A stretch of DNA of 64,000 nt from positions 2,880,001 to 2,944,000 of the forward strand of contig OZ242383.1 of assembly GCA_965209155.1 (NCBI GenBank), in the 5' to 3' direction. Within the stretch, counting starts at the first letter, position 1, and each line of letters starts with the position of its first letter. A program made the translations under genes and the position numbers. This document shows positions 1 through 9,612 of this stretch, piece by piece. Source of the DNA: a bacterium (lineage in GTDB: Bacteria > SAR324 > NAC60-12). The notes beneath the pieces were generated by a model. It had not been told where the DNA came from and ran no database searches. It saw only the letters and a list, made by a program, of their open reading frames with translations.

Positions 1-261
1 GTCCTCTTTCACGGCGACAATCCGGGTCTCGAAGGTCAGAACCTGATGGGCCTTGAAGATTCAAACGGGGTTAAAATAACACATGAAATCATCAAAGCGG
101 CAAATAGTGGAGGAGACTATATCGAGTATCTTATTGACAATCCCACCATAGAAGGGGATGAAAAACTGGGGTCTCCCAAGGTCGCTTTCGCTACATTCAT
201 CAGTTTACCAGAACTAGGAGATGACAAGCAATTGATTATCGGTTCCGGATTTTTCAAATAA
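1..261 (+). CDS. Cache-like domain protein, C-terminal part (5' truncated by window)
   Basis: Frame open from base 1 (VLFHGDNPGLEGQNLMGLEDSNGVKI...GGDYIEY...SPKVAF...IIGSG) fits the single-Cache pattern; shares DNPxIEGDExxGSPK with the gene at 2430-3425. Confidence 0.7.
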   Translation, partial: VLFHGDNPGLEGQNLMGLEDSNGVKITHEIIKAANSGGDYIEYLIDNPTIEGDEKLGSPKVAFATFISLPELGDDKQLIIGSGFFK

Positions 262-361
262 TCCTTAAAAAGGCGAACAAATGGAATCTCTAGTCAATTT
301 GTCGAGAACTTTTTTGGGTCTGCGTGTGATGAAAGATCCTCGCGCTGCCGGAATTTCTGCC

Positions 362-2317
362 ATGAAACGAATCCTTGCGACAGCCGCCATTCTCTCTGTC
401 GCAGCTTTCGCGGGCGCCCAGGAGCCTGGTGGAATGATCGAATGGCCATACGTCGGTTCCGACCAGGCACATACCAAGTATTCCACCGCTGACGAGATCA
501 CGGCTGCCAACGTCGGTGAACTTAAAATCGCCTGGCAATGGGAGCCCAACGAAATGCCACTCGAGAAGTACGGCACGCGACCGGGTCCATTCCAAGCAAC
601 GCCCATCATGGTCGGAAACGTCTTGTACCTCTCGACCATGTACACGCGGGTGGTGGCTCTCGATGCGGAGACGGGCATCGAGCTGTGGATCTTCGATCCC
701 AAGGCTTATGCAGGTGGCCCCAAAGGCGCCGGGCCAAGCGGATTCAAGCACCGGGGCATCGCCTACTGGAGCGACGGGAACGAGGAACGCATTTTCCTCA
801 ACAGCCGCGACCGGATGTATGCAATCAATGCCGAGACCGGTGAACTGGACACGGACTTCGGTGAAAGCGGAAGTGTTTTGCTGACCGAGGGCCATGGCCG
901 CCCGGTTACTCGTCACGAATTCGACCAGACCTCACCGCCAGTAGTGTTCGAGGACCTGGTGATCGTGGGCAGCCGGGTGCCCGACCGGTTGCAGCGAAAG
1001 TTCGACCCGCCCGGTACCGTGCAGGCCTTCGATGTACGAACGGGCGAGCGTCTCTGGGTTTTTTTCACCATCCCTCAATCGAACGATGACTTCGGTGCGG
1101 AAACCTGGGAAAACGAGTCGTGGCGTTACACCGGCCACGCCAACGTGTGGGGGTTGATGTCGCTTGATGTCGAGCGTCAACTGCTGTACGTACCAACGAG
1201 TACGCCGAGCAGCGATTACTGGGGCGGCCGCCGGGTCGGGGCAAACCTCTTTGCGGAGTCGTTGGTATGTCTTGACGCGCGCACGGGCGAGCGGCGATGG
1301 CACTTCCAGGCCGTGCACCACGGCGTGTGGGACTACGACTTGGCCGCGGCGCCGAACCTCATCACGATCACGTTGGACGAGCGTCGGATCGACGCGGTGG
1401 CGCAAGTATCCAAGCACGGCTTTACCTATGTGTTCGACCGGGAAACGGGGGAACCGGTGTGGCCGATCGAGGAGCGTCCAGTGGACACGAAGACGGACGT
1501 GCCGGGCGAGGTACTGTATCCGACGCAGCCCTTCCCGACCAAGCCTCCGCCCTTCAGCCGACAAGGGGTTTCGTTAGAGGACGCGAACGACCTGACCCCG
1601 GAGATCCACGCAATCGCGGTGGAGGAGATGCAGCGTTTCCGATTGGGTCCCCTGTTCACGCCACCAAGCCTTCAGGGTACTCTCCAGCGCCCGGGAGCAA
1701 GCGGAGGTGCGAACTGGGGAGGAGCGGCATTCGACCCAGGGTCCGGATTACTGTACGTGCGGACGTCGGAAGACGCCGACACGAACCAGGTGTGCTTGAA
1801 TGCGGGCAACGACCCGGAGGTCGACGTCCAGTACAGCAACAATTGTCCCTACGGGGCGACACTAATTATGTTTCGGGAGGCTGATGGACCGGGCGCCGCG
1901 CAGACCCCGGAGAGCAAGCTCGGTCCGATTCCGCTCATCAAACCGCCATACGCGCACCTGGTGGCAATCGATCTCAATATTGGCGAAATTGCATGGAAGG
2001 TACCGTTCGGCGAAGGAAGCCCCAGTGTGCGTGAGCACCCACTGTTGCATGGGGTCAAGCTTCCGGAGCGGCTCGGTACGCGTGGCAATTCCGGCCCGAT
2101 GGTGACCAGGGGAGGGCTCGTCTTCCTTGGCGGAGGCGAACCCTACCTGTACGCTTTCGACAAGGCGACGGGCGCCGAGGTCTGGCGAGGCGCGACGCCA
2201 TTTCGGACAAACGCGAACCCGATGACTTATCGCGCACGGTCGGGGCGGCAGTTCGTCGTCATCGCGACAGGTGCCGGTCCCGACGCTGCGCTCGTCGCCT
2301 TTGCGCGAGTCGAATAG
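362..2317 (+). CDS. PQQ-dependent (glucose/quinate-type) dehydrogenase with signal peptide
   Basis: Signal peptide MKRILATAAILSVAAFAGAQ; PQQ beta-propeller repeats (ALDAETG..LW, AFDVRTGERLW, WHFQAVHHGVWDYD, NWGGAAFDP, ANPMTY); start at ATG 362 chosen. Confidence 0.88.
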   Translation: MKRILATAAILSVAAFAGAQEPGGMIEWPYVGSDQAHTKYSTADEITAANVGELKIAWQWEPNEMPLEKYGTRPGPFQATPIMVGNVLYLSTMYTRVVALDAETGIELWIFDPKAYAGGPKGAGPSGFKHRGIAYWSDGNEERIFLNSRDRMYAINAETGELDTDFGESGSVLLTEGHGRPVTRHEFDQTSPPVVFEDLVIVGSRVPDRLQRKFDPPGTVQAFDVRTGERLWVFFTIPQSNDDFGAETWENESWRYTGHANVWGLMSLDVERQLLYVPTSTPSSDYWGGRRVGANLFAESLVCLDARTGERRWHFQAVHHGVWDYDLAAAPNLITITLDERRIDAVAQVSKHGFTYVFDRETGEPVWPIEERPVDTKTDVPGEVLYPTQPFPTKPPPFSRQGVSLEDANDLTPEIHAIAVEEMQRFRLGPLFTPPSLQGTLQRPGASGGANWGGAAFDPGSGLLYVRTSEDADTNQVCLNAGNDPEVDVQYSNNCPYGATLIMFREADGPGAAQTPESKLGPIPLIKPPYAHLVAIDLNIGEIAWKVPFGEGSPSVREHPLLHGVKLPERLGTRGNSGPMVTRGGLVFLGGGEPYLYAFDKATGAEVWRGATPFRTNANPMTYRARSGRQFVVIATGAGPDAALVAFARVE

Positions 2318-2429
2318 CCGGCTACGAATATTTCAAACCGTGATTCTTCAACTCTGCAATGAATAATTGAATACCTCGACTAAGGTCGGGATAAGACGCC
2401 GGTAGCGGTCGATATACCGCAGCCAAGGG

Positions 2430-3425
2430 TCAGTTACCGTCACGCTCGAGATAGATCCCGGAGCCGATGACCCCCTTTTGGTCCGTGTTGGGTACCGGGA
2501 AACTCACCGCGTAACCGAGCTTCGGCGAACCGGTGTCCTCATCTCCTTCGATGGCCGGGTTGTCGTAGTGATAGCGCAGGAACTTCCGACCTTCGCGCCG
2601 CGCACCTCCGATCAGTTCCTCTGCGAACCTCACTCCCTTGGAGTCCGTCCTCGTCATGTCCGTGGTCTTGCCTTCGCGAAACGGCTCCGATCCGTGAAAC
2701 AGGGTGACCCCTCCGGCACTCACGACGTACAGGTAAATGGAGCCTGATTTCCAGTCCCCTCCTTCCACCCGGAAAGCGTTTCTGACTCCGGTGAGATTGC
2801 TGTAACCTTCGGACATGACGGCTTCACGGTATGCCTTGGCCGCTTCTTCGACGAAGGTGATGAGTGTCTCGCGATCCACGACTTGCGATGCGACGACGGC
2901 AGGCTTTGGCAGATCCGCAATATGGATTGGGACATGCGAGACATCCTACGAATAGCCTCCAACCAGCACGAATCGTCTTGCGGTGATCCCGGAGGTGTAT
3001 TCGACAGCGTATGCCGTCTTTGGCCCCCCATCGTGGTATTCGACGAAACCGCCGCCTCTGGCAGCGGCCGCGAGGAGTTCCTCGACGACCTTGGTGCCGC
3101 GCTCGTCCTCGACGTCAAGCAGGTTTTTACTCTCCGCCGTGCGATCGTTTCCGTGGATGAATGGCTCCCCGCTCTTGAGGAAGATGACGAGGAACATCGA
3201 TCCGGCCTTCCAGTCGCCCTCCATTCTCAGCTTTTCCCTGAGCTTCGCTCCTTCATTCATGTCCGTGATCGCCTCGATATGCGCCTTCGCCCCTTCGACG
3301 AAGGCCTTGAGGGTTTCATCGTCCCTGACCTGGGCCGCAGTCGGCTCGGCCCCGGCAGTTGCGTTCGCCAACATGACCGATGCCAGAACGACAAGTACCA
3401 GCCCAGCTATCAAGTTCAATCGCAT
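2430..3425 (-). pseudogene. Secreted tandem Cache-like domain protein interrupted by one in-frame TAG (2946-2948)
   Basis: ORFs 2946-3509 and 2430-2879 are in the same frame; reading through gives ..GGYS*DVSHVPIHIADLPKPAVVASQVVDRETL..; two internal repeats (AAQVRDDETLKAFVE / ASQVVDRETLITFVE; EGDWKAGSMFL / GGDWKSGSIYL); AAGGAG RBS before ATG 3425. Confidence 0.75.
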
Positions 3426-3725
3426 TGCATTCTCCTTAATGAGTTTCCGTTTGAAAAATTCATAATTCGAATTTATTTGATTTTCAATTCGTATTTTATT
3501 CAAATCCATCTCGCCTCCCCAATAAATTGTATTTTCCTCGAATATTGGTAATTGTCAGAAGACTATTCATACAGTCACAATGATAATGAAATATTCCTCT
3601 ATTTTTTGTTATTTATTTGGGAATTATATACAAAGTTAACCATGGATTTGCAGGCCGGGCGCTACGCCTCGCCTAATCCCAGTCCAAAAATAATAAACAA
3701 AAATGAATAAAAACGCATTTTTTTG

Positions 3726-3754
3726 TTGACAGACTGTGATTTATTGGTTAATAT
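3726..3754 (+). promoter_or_regulatory. Sigma70-like promoter for the transposase
   Basis: TTGACA, 17 bp, TAATAT, upstream of GGAG RBS and ATG 3791. Confidence 0.5.
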
Positions 3755-3790
3755 ACTTCTAAAATTATTAACTTTTCATGGAGTTGAAAA

Positions 3791-4723
3791 ATGGCAGAAG
3801 CACCCGGAAAAAATCACAGAAAAGGCATCACGGTTTTGGAACTGATGGACATGTTCCCAGATGACAAGACGGCTGAAAAAATGTTCATTGATAAGCGATG
3901 GCCTGATGGGATACGATGTGCACATTGTGAAAGCGAGCGAATTATAAAGTATGAAAATTCTAAAAATCCGATGCCGTTTCGTTGTAAAGATTGTAGGAAG
4001 TTTTTTTCAGTGAAGACCGGAACGGCTATGGAAGCTTCTAAAATTGGTTACCGGAAGTGGGCTTTCGCTTTCTATCTGATGGCCACGAATATCAAAGGGG
4101 TTGCCAGTATGAAGCTATACCGGGAATTGGGATTTACTCAAAAAACGGCATGGTTTGTCAATCATAGAATCCGGGAATGCTGGAATAATAACAAACCTCT
4201 TTTTAATGGTCCGGTTGAAATGGACGAGACTTATGTAGGGGGTAAGGAATCTCTGAAACATGAGTCTAAAAAGAAGAAAGAGGGACGGGGTACGGTTGGC
4301 AAATCCCCAGTTGTAGGTATTAAGGATCGAGAGACCGGACAAGTGGTAGCCACCGCAACGGAAGATACAAAGAAGCCGGTTATTGAGAAGATGATCCAGG
4401 AATATGTAAAACAAAATTCCATGATTTATACAGACGAAGCTACCGTTTATAAGGGGCTTCCTAATCATGAATCTGTCCGGCATAGCCACGATGAATACGT
4501 GAGAGGAGATGTCCATACTGCTGGTATTGATTCCTTCTGGAGTATGCTCAAAAGGGGACACAAAGGGACATATCACAAAATGAGTGCCAAGCATTTGGAT
4601 CGCTATGTTAAGGAATTTGCTGGTAGGCAAAATCAGCGAGAGCTTGATACCCTGGCACAAATCGAATCAATGGCCAAAGGCATGGAAGGAAAACGGCTTA
4701 AGTATAAAAATCTGATAGCTTGA
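3791..4723 (+). CDS. IS1595-family (ISXO2-like) DDE transposase
   Basis: N-terminal Zn ribbon (CAHC..CKDC), VEMDETYVGG, IYTDE, YHKMSAKHLDRYVKEF. Confidence 0.93.
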   Translation: MAEAPGKNHRKGITVLELMDMFPDDKTAEKMFIDKRWPDGIRCAHCESERIIKYENSKNPMPFRCKDCRKFFSVKTGTAMEASKIGYRKWAFAFYLMATNIKGVASMKLYRELGFTQKTAWFVNHRIRECWNNNKPLFNGPVEMDETYVGGKESLKHESKKKKEGRGTVGKSPVVGIKDRETGQVVATATEDTKKPVIEKMIQEYVKQNSMIYTDEATVYKGLPNHESVRHSHDEYVRGDVHTAGIDSFWSMLKRGHKGTYHKMSAKHLDRYVKEFAGRQNQRELDTLAQIESMAKGMEGKRLKYKNLIA

Positions 4724-4798
4724 ATATTTGCATTCCTGCATGATCAGATTAGCTACTTGATTGTGAAGGAATGTCAACAATATATCAGGAGATTTAAA

Positions 4799-4957
4799 AT
4801 GAAAACAAAAGAGAAGAAAAAAGTAGGAAGACCCGCCAAGCCGATGCCGGAAAAGATTAACGCAACGGCAGACGAGATCATAACTGTGTTTTTAAAATCC
4901 CCGCCCCGGCGTTCTGATCAATGGAAATTTATGCAGAAGGAAGAAAGTAAAGAGTAG
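4799..4957 (+). CDS. Small basic passenger ORF inside the IS1595 element
   Basis: AGGAG RBS then MKTKEKKKVGRPAKPMPEKINATADEII...; lies between the transposase and the right TIR. Confidence 0.6.
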   Translation: MKTKEKKKVGRPAKPMPEKINATADEIITVFLKSPPRRSDQWKFMQKEESKE

Positions 4958-5272
4958 GCCGTGATTACTCTTTACGTTGGGATGTCAAGTGTGTGAATCC
5001 GTGGTTAACTTTGTATATAATTCCCATTTATTTCATTGATAAAAACTTGTCAACACTAATCCAAGGAAGAGGGACAGTCTTTTCATTTGATTGTTTGAGG
5101 ACACCTGCAATATCTTGTATCAGTCGCATAGCACCTGCCCTGTGTGGCGCAGTAGCCTCCGCAGCTTCCCGGATGCGTTTTTAAGTGATGGATCGCAATA
5201 GCATTTCAGGAGTTTAACTTGTGGAAACAGGTCCGGAGTGTGAAGTCAATTTCCACGTGCTTCCAGTTCTGC

Positions 5273-6523
5273 TTAAATTGCAGCATGTTCGACTTGAATC
5301 CAAAACGCTTCGACTCCACGCAGGACGGAGCGTTCCTGAAAAGTGGGTTCATGGAGCAGTTGAATGGAGGAGAAACGATCGAGCATCCGGGAGAAAGCAA
5401 CACGCGCTTCAAGAATAGCCAAGGGTGCCCCCAAGCAGTAGTGGATGCCACGCCCAAAAGAGAGATGTTTCGGTTCCTGTCGTCCAATGTCGAACACATC
5501 CGCATTCGTGAAGGCTGCCGGATCGCGATTGGCTGCGCCAATCAGGCAGATCACCCGTTGTCCTGCCTTGATTTTCTTATTTCCTATATACACATCCTGC
5601 AGCGCCTTTCGACTGTCTAACTGCACGGGACTGTCGTAGCGGAGCATCTCATTGATTGCGGGGACCATGAGGTTCGAATCATCACGCAGTCGCTGAAGCT
5701 GGCTGGGATGTCTGAGTAGAGCGAGCATTCCGTTGCCTAGGAGATTGCGTGTGGTTTCGTGGCCTGCGACGAGCAGGAGAAGCAACGTGTCGATCAATTC
5801 CTGATGAGTCAGACGGTCGCCCTCAATTTCGGCTGCAATCAATGCGCTGGTCATATCGTTTTGAAGATCGCGACGACGATGCTCTATCAAATGCTCAAAG
5901 TAATCTTCAAGACTTTTCCTGGCCTCCACAATCCGGCTGCTTTGTTCGTCGTTCAGGATGGGTTCGATGCTGAGCGCTATGTCATGCGACCATTTTTTAA
6001 ACAGGTCGATGTCCTCGGTAGGAACACCCAGCATCTCGGCGATGACCATAACGGGTAGGGGATAAGCGAACATTGAGATCAAGTCGAAGCGATCTTGGTT
6101 CTTGGTGGCATCGAGCAAATCATCCACGATTCGATGGATACCCGGTTCCAATGCAGCCACTGAACGAGGCGTGAATGCTTTTGACACCAAGGACCTCAGT
6201 CTCGTGTGGTCTGGAGGGTCCACGAACAACATATTCTTGAAGTCGATGGCGCTGTTCCAGGTATCTCGACCAAAAATAGTATGGTTCTTGAGAACCTGTT
6301 CCATGTCTTCGTATCGAGTGAGGACCCATCCGTTGATAAGCCGGAGTCGATGAATGGGGTCCTTTTCGCGAAGTTGCGCATACTTATCGTAAGGATATCG
6401 CTGGACCTCTTTCGAGATCGGGTTGTAGCTCACACCCGACTCCAAGCGCTCCCATGCTAGTAGCGCGGGTATTATTATAGGTTGAACGACGTTCTGAACT
6501 GTCTTGGAAATATCACTCATCAT
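5273..6523 (-). CDS. Cytochrome P450
   Basis: I-helix AGHETT, ExxR (EMLR), heme motif FGRGIHYCLG. Confidence 0.96.
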   Translation of the reverse strand: MMSDISKTVQNVVQPIIIPALLAWERLESGVSYNPISKEVQRYPYDKYAQLREKDPIHRLRLINGWVLTRYEDMEQVLKNHTIFGRDTWNSAIDFKNMLFVDPPDHTRLRSLVSKAFTPRSVAALEPGIHRIVDDLLDATKNQDRFDLISMFAYPLPVMVIAEMLGVPTEDIDLFKKWSHDIALSIEPILNDEQSSRIVEARKSLEDYFEHLIEHRRRDLQNDMTSALIAAEIEGDRLTHQELIDTLLLLLVAGHETTRNLLGNGMLALLRHPSQLQRLRDDSNLMVPAINEMLRYDSPVQLDSRKALQDVYIGNKKIKAGQRVICLIGAANRDPAAFTNADVFDIGRQEPKHLSFGRGIHYCLGAPLAILEARVAFSRMLDRFSSIQLLHEPTFQERSVLRGVEAFWIQVEHAAI

Positions 6524-6693
6524 AACACAGAATATTTCTGAGGATTGTGAAAATAATGAAATTTATTTAACTATAGAATCGCAAACTTCACTCCAAATAC
6601 CAATGCAATAATGAGAGAGCCTGTTATTTCTCTGGTCTCTTTTTGATACCCCGTCAGCCAATGAAGTGGTCATTATTCAACGCCGCTTGTGAA

Positions 6694-8136
6694 TCATTGA
6701 TTTGACGCCTTGTCCTGATCGATCGTAAGAGGAAGCTCGAAGGTCACTTTTAAACCAGGATGCCGGTTTTCCGCCCAAATTCGCCCGTGGTGCCATTCGG
6801 CGGCTCTGCGGGCAATAGCCATTCCCAATCCGGTCCCGTTGTTTTTCTGGCCGCGGGTTTCGTCGACCCGGTAAAAAGGATTGAAAAGCAATTCCAGGAA
6901 ATCTTCCGGTACGCCGGGTCCTTGATCCTCGACCATGATCCGCACATAGCGTTGATCGCCTTCAGCGCGTAAGAGTAGACTGACGGAAACGGCAGTATGG
7001 ACGGGAGCAAATCGAATGGCATTACGGATGATGTTTTCAATAGCGCTGCTCAATATCGAAACATTGCCCTGAAAATGGCAGACTACGCTTTGCACCAAGA
7101 GAACTTCTTTGTCCATGGCTTTTGCTTCATAGTGGGTGTCTGCGATTAAATCCGTGATCAATGCGGAAAGTTCAATCCATTGCTTCTCTTCCCCGGCAAG
7201 GCGATTGTCGAGCCGGGACCATTGAATGACCTGGCCTATCAGGCGATCCAACCTGCCGATTTCCAGTTCGATACGGTCATGTTCGGGGTCGGTGTCGCCA
7301 GTCTTTTTACGTGCCAGCGCCAGAGCAATCTGTAAACGAGTCAAAGGAGAACGCAATTCATGAGAAACATCCATGAGCAGTCGTTTTTGCGCTCCCACCA
7401 AATCGTTCAATTGTTGTGACATCGTATTGAAATCGTGACCCAACTGACCAATTTCATCTTTTCGACGAGTCACTTTGGGACTGACGAGTGTGTCGAAATC
7501 ACCCCGGGCAACGCGCCTGGCTGCTGTTTGCAGGAGTCGAATCGGAGCGACCAGGTAGGCGGAAAGTAAAAGGCAAAACAAGCTACTGACGGTCAACGTG
7601 GTGAGAAGAACGACCCACTGATCGGAAAGGATTTGCCAAAGTCGCCAGAACACATGGTTCAGATTCGGACTGGTGAGATAAAGTTGATAAATTTCATTTT
7701 CTACTATGAATCGATATGGTCCCACCAGTAAAAGACCATCTTTCAAAGAAATTTCGAATTGAGGGCTTTGCCGGGTTTGTACATAAAAATCCTGTAGCGC
7801 ATTCGACACCCTTTGTCTACCAAGGGACCGTCCCCGGTTGTCGAACAAAAAAATATTTCTGGGAAGATTCAAAGAGCGGGGATTCAGTCTGTCTTCATGT
7901 TGCAATCGCCGTCCTCGTCCATGTTCCAAATGTCGACCATGGCTTTCAAGATCAAGAAAAAGGTGATGTCGCTCCGGGAAATAAAGGGCAGGATCAACGA
8001 TGAGGGCAATGACGACGACCAGGCTGACCACCAGACTCGTCATTGCCAACCAGAACCAGAGATAGATTTTCCAGAAAAGACGAGTCCATGGTTTCAAGAG
8101 CCAGGATTGCCATTCCAGGAACACGAGATTTTTCAT
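6694..8136 (-). CDS. Sensor histidine kinase (CpxA-like, HAMP-HisKA-HATPase)
   Basis: Two TM segments, HAMP (DEIGQLGHDFN), DVSHELRSPLTRL, NIIRNA, DQGPG, GTGLG. Confidence 0.92.
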   Translation of the reverse strand: MKNLVFLEWQSWLLKPWTRLFWKIYLWFWLAMTSLVVSLVVVIALIVDPALYFPERHHLFLDLESHGRHLEHGRGRRLQHEDRLNPRSLNLPRNIFLFDNRGRSLGRQRVSNALQDFYVQTRQSPQFEISLKDGLLLVGPYRFIVENEIYQLYLTSPNLNHVFWRLWQILSDQWVVLLTTLTVSSLFCLLLSAYLVAPIRLLQTAARRVARGDFDTLVSPKVTRRKDEIGQLGHDFNTMSQQLNDLVGAQKRLLMDVSHELRSPLTRLQIALALARKKTGDTDPEHDRIELEIGRLDRLIGQVIQWSRLDNRLAGEEKQWIELSALITDLIADTHYEAKAMDKEVLLVQSVVCHFQGNVSILSSAIENIIRNAIRFAPVHTAVSVSLLLRAEGDQRYVRIMVEDQGPGVPEDFLELLFNPFYRVDETRGQKNNGTGLGMAIARRAAEWHHGRIWAENRHPGLKVTFELPLTIDQDKASNQ

Positions 8137-8822
8137 TCCGTGATATAAAAATAACCGGAACCTCGCACGGTTTTAATGCGTGGAGAGCCATCCGGTTTAT
8201 CCTTTATTTTGCGACGAACGTTACTGACATGCATATCGATGGCACGGTCGTACTGCGTCAGGTGCCTTCCCAAGGCCAGGCGGGTCAGTTCACCACGTTC
8301 CACCAGCATGCCCGCTCGTTGCGCCAGAACTTTCAAAACCATAAATTCCGTCGCTGTCATCTCGAGCAATTGGCCGTTTCGTTTAATCTCCCGGTTCAAC
8401 AAATTGATGCTGAGATCGTCAATTTCTATCAAGGGTGGTTCGGATTCAGAAATTTCCACAGTTTCACTACGACGCAGAATTGCTTTCATACGGGCGACCA
8501 GTTCACGGTGATTGAATGGTTTGGGCAGGTAATCATCCGCTCCGATTTCCAGTCCGATGATACGGTCGACGTCATCGCCCCGCGCAGTGAGCATGAGTAT
8601 CGGAATTTGAGATTGCCGGCGGATGCGTTTCAATACCTCGAATCCATTCAATTCCGGCAGCGTGACATCCAACAAAATCAATTGATGTTCTCCGCTCAGG
8701 GCCGCTTCCACGCCACTCCTTCCCTCGTGAACGGCGATTATGGAAAATCCCTCCAGGGTCAGGTATTCCGTTAAAAGCTGACAAAGCTCCCGATCATCAT
8801 CGATCAATAAAATGCTGCTCAC
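8133..8822 (-). CDS. OmpR-family response regulator (CpxR-like)
   Basis: ILLIDDD, LLDVTLP, GADDYLPKPF, winged helix DRAIDMHVSNVRRK..IKTVRGSGY; 4-bp overlap with the kinase. Confidence 0.92.
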   Translation of the reverse strand: MSSILLIDDDRELCQLLTEYLTLEGFSIIAVHEGRSGVEAALSGEHQLILLDVTLPELNGFEVLKRIRRQSQIPILMLTARGDDVDRIIGLEIGADDYLPKPFNHRELVARMKAILRRSETVEISESEPPLIEIDDLSINLLNREIKRNGQLLEMTATEFMVLKVLAQRAGMLVERGELTRLALGRHLTQYDRAIDMHVSNVRRKIKDKPDGSPRIKTVRGSGYFYITE

Positions 8823-8874
8823 CGTACGAATTTGTTTTGAATTTTATATGCGATTCGAAAGTTGAATTAAAATT

Positions 8875-9436
8875 AATCTCATTAAACCACCAGCTCTGCT
8901 GGTGCGAACCTAATAGGCTTTGCCGGTCAGACATGAGAAACGTATCCGTGTCCGTGAGCCGTGCTCGTGCTCGTGAACGGTCAGTGAATTCGACGGCACA
9001 TTTTGGTTAACATAGAAACAATGCGATGAAGTAACTGTTTCCCTTCGTCAAATAAAGGAGGCTGGATGATCTTCAACACGTTTAAAACATCGAGAATAGC
9101 AGCGCATTCCATTGCGGAACCTCGGGCAAATGCATAGAATCATTGCTTGTCAGGAAAGGAATTTTTTCCACAGCCTTCTGCGATATTGAGAGGAATCGAC
9201 CATGAGGCCCTTTTCAGTTGGTCAACTAAGGCTGAGTATCCTTTTGGCAATGTTTCGATGACTTGGACAGATAACGCTAAAAATTCGATGGAACATTGGT
9301 ATACATCGATTTTTTCATGATCTAACATGGCAGCCTTTTTCGTTCATGAGCACGAGCACGTCTTACGATGACGAACACGTTTTGCCCTCATACTGGGGGC
9401 CTCTTCAAGCCACCGGCTCTGCCGGTGGTGATGACT
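8875..9436. mobile_element. Non-autonomous element with IS200/IS605-like subterminal hairpins, no transposase
   Basis: Hairpins caccagc-tct-gctggtg (8888-8904) and ccaccggc-tct-gccggtgg (9410-9428) followed by tgatgact; exact ends uncertain. Confidence 0.55.
8981..9328 (-). pseudogene. Four-helix-bundle (23S rRNA IVP-like) protein with in-frame TGA at 9140-9142
   Basis: MLDHEKIDVYQ..DQLKRASWSIPLNIAEGCGK..DKQ*FYAFARGSAMECAAILD..LLHRIVSMLTKM; frame continues to the stop at 8981. Confidence 0.85.
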
Positions 9437-9466
9437 TATAAAATCAATAATTTAATAATTATGATC

Positions 9467-9599
9467 TGTCATGCTGGTTCCGGATCATCCCGGACTGGAT
9501 CCGGGACCAGGATGATCCGACATCCAAAATATCGCCTGCATCCCCCTGGATTCCTGGTCAAGCCAGGAATGACACGTTTTTTAGCTCCTGATTCACGTA
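9467..9599. repeat. Palindromic intergenic repeat cluster (gtcat..catcc / ctggattcc..ggaatgac type)
   Basis: ggatcatcc..ggatgatcc arms, and ctggattcctggtcaagccaggaatgacacg (9546-9576) repeated at 11548 and 11589. Confidence 0.75.
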
Positions 9600-9612
9600 T
9601 TTTATTTGAAAT

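Larger units (their letters stand above)
3619..5025 (+). mobile_element. Complete IS1595-family insertion sequence
   Basis: 30-bp TIRs gggaattatatacaaagttaacca(t/c)ggatt at 3619-3648 and 4996-5025 (29/30); 8-bp target duplication ATTTATTT at 3611-3618 and 5026-5033; transposase inside. Confidence 0.93.

Noticed and set aside
265..2237. Many overlapping alternative-frame ORFs in the ORF track, here and across the window
   Set aside because: Shadow ORFs of well-supported genes with no recognisable motifs
2946..2948. Genome-wide amber reassignment
   Set aside because: TAG is the real stop of several intact genes here, for example the PQQ dehydrogenase and ftsL
5030..5205. Minus-strand reading MLLRSIT*KRIREAAEA..KFLSMK
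   Set aside because: Internal stop and no recognisable family; cannot support a gene or pseudogene call
9140..9142. Selenocysteine or TGA recoding
   Set aside because: The position fits Arg (CGA>TGA), not Cys, and TGA ends many genes in this window
8981..9328. Avd gene of a diversity-generating retroelement
   Set aside because: No reverse transcriptase or TR/VR pair seen in the window; the sequence fits the IVP four-helix-bundle family
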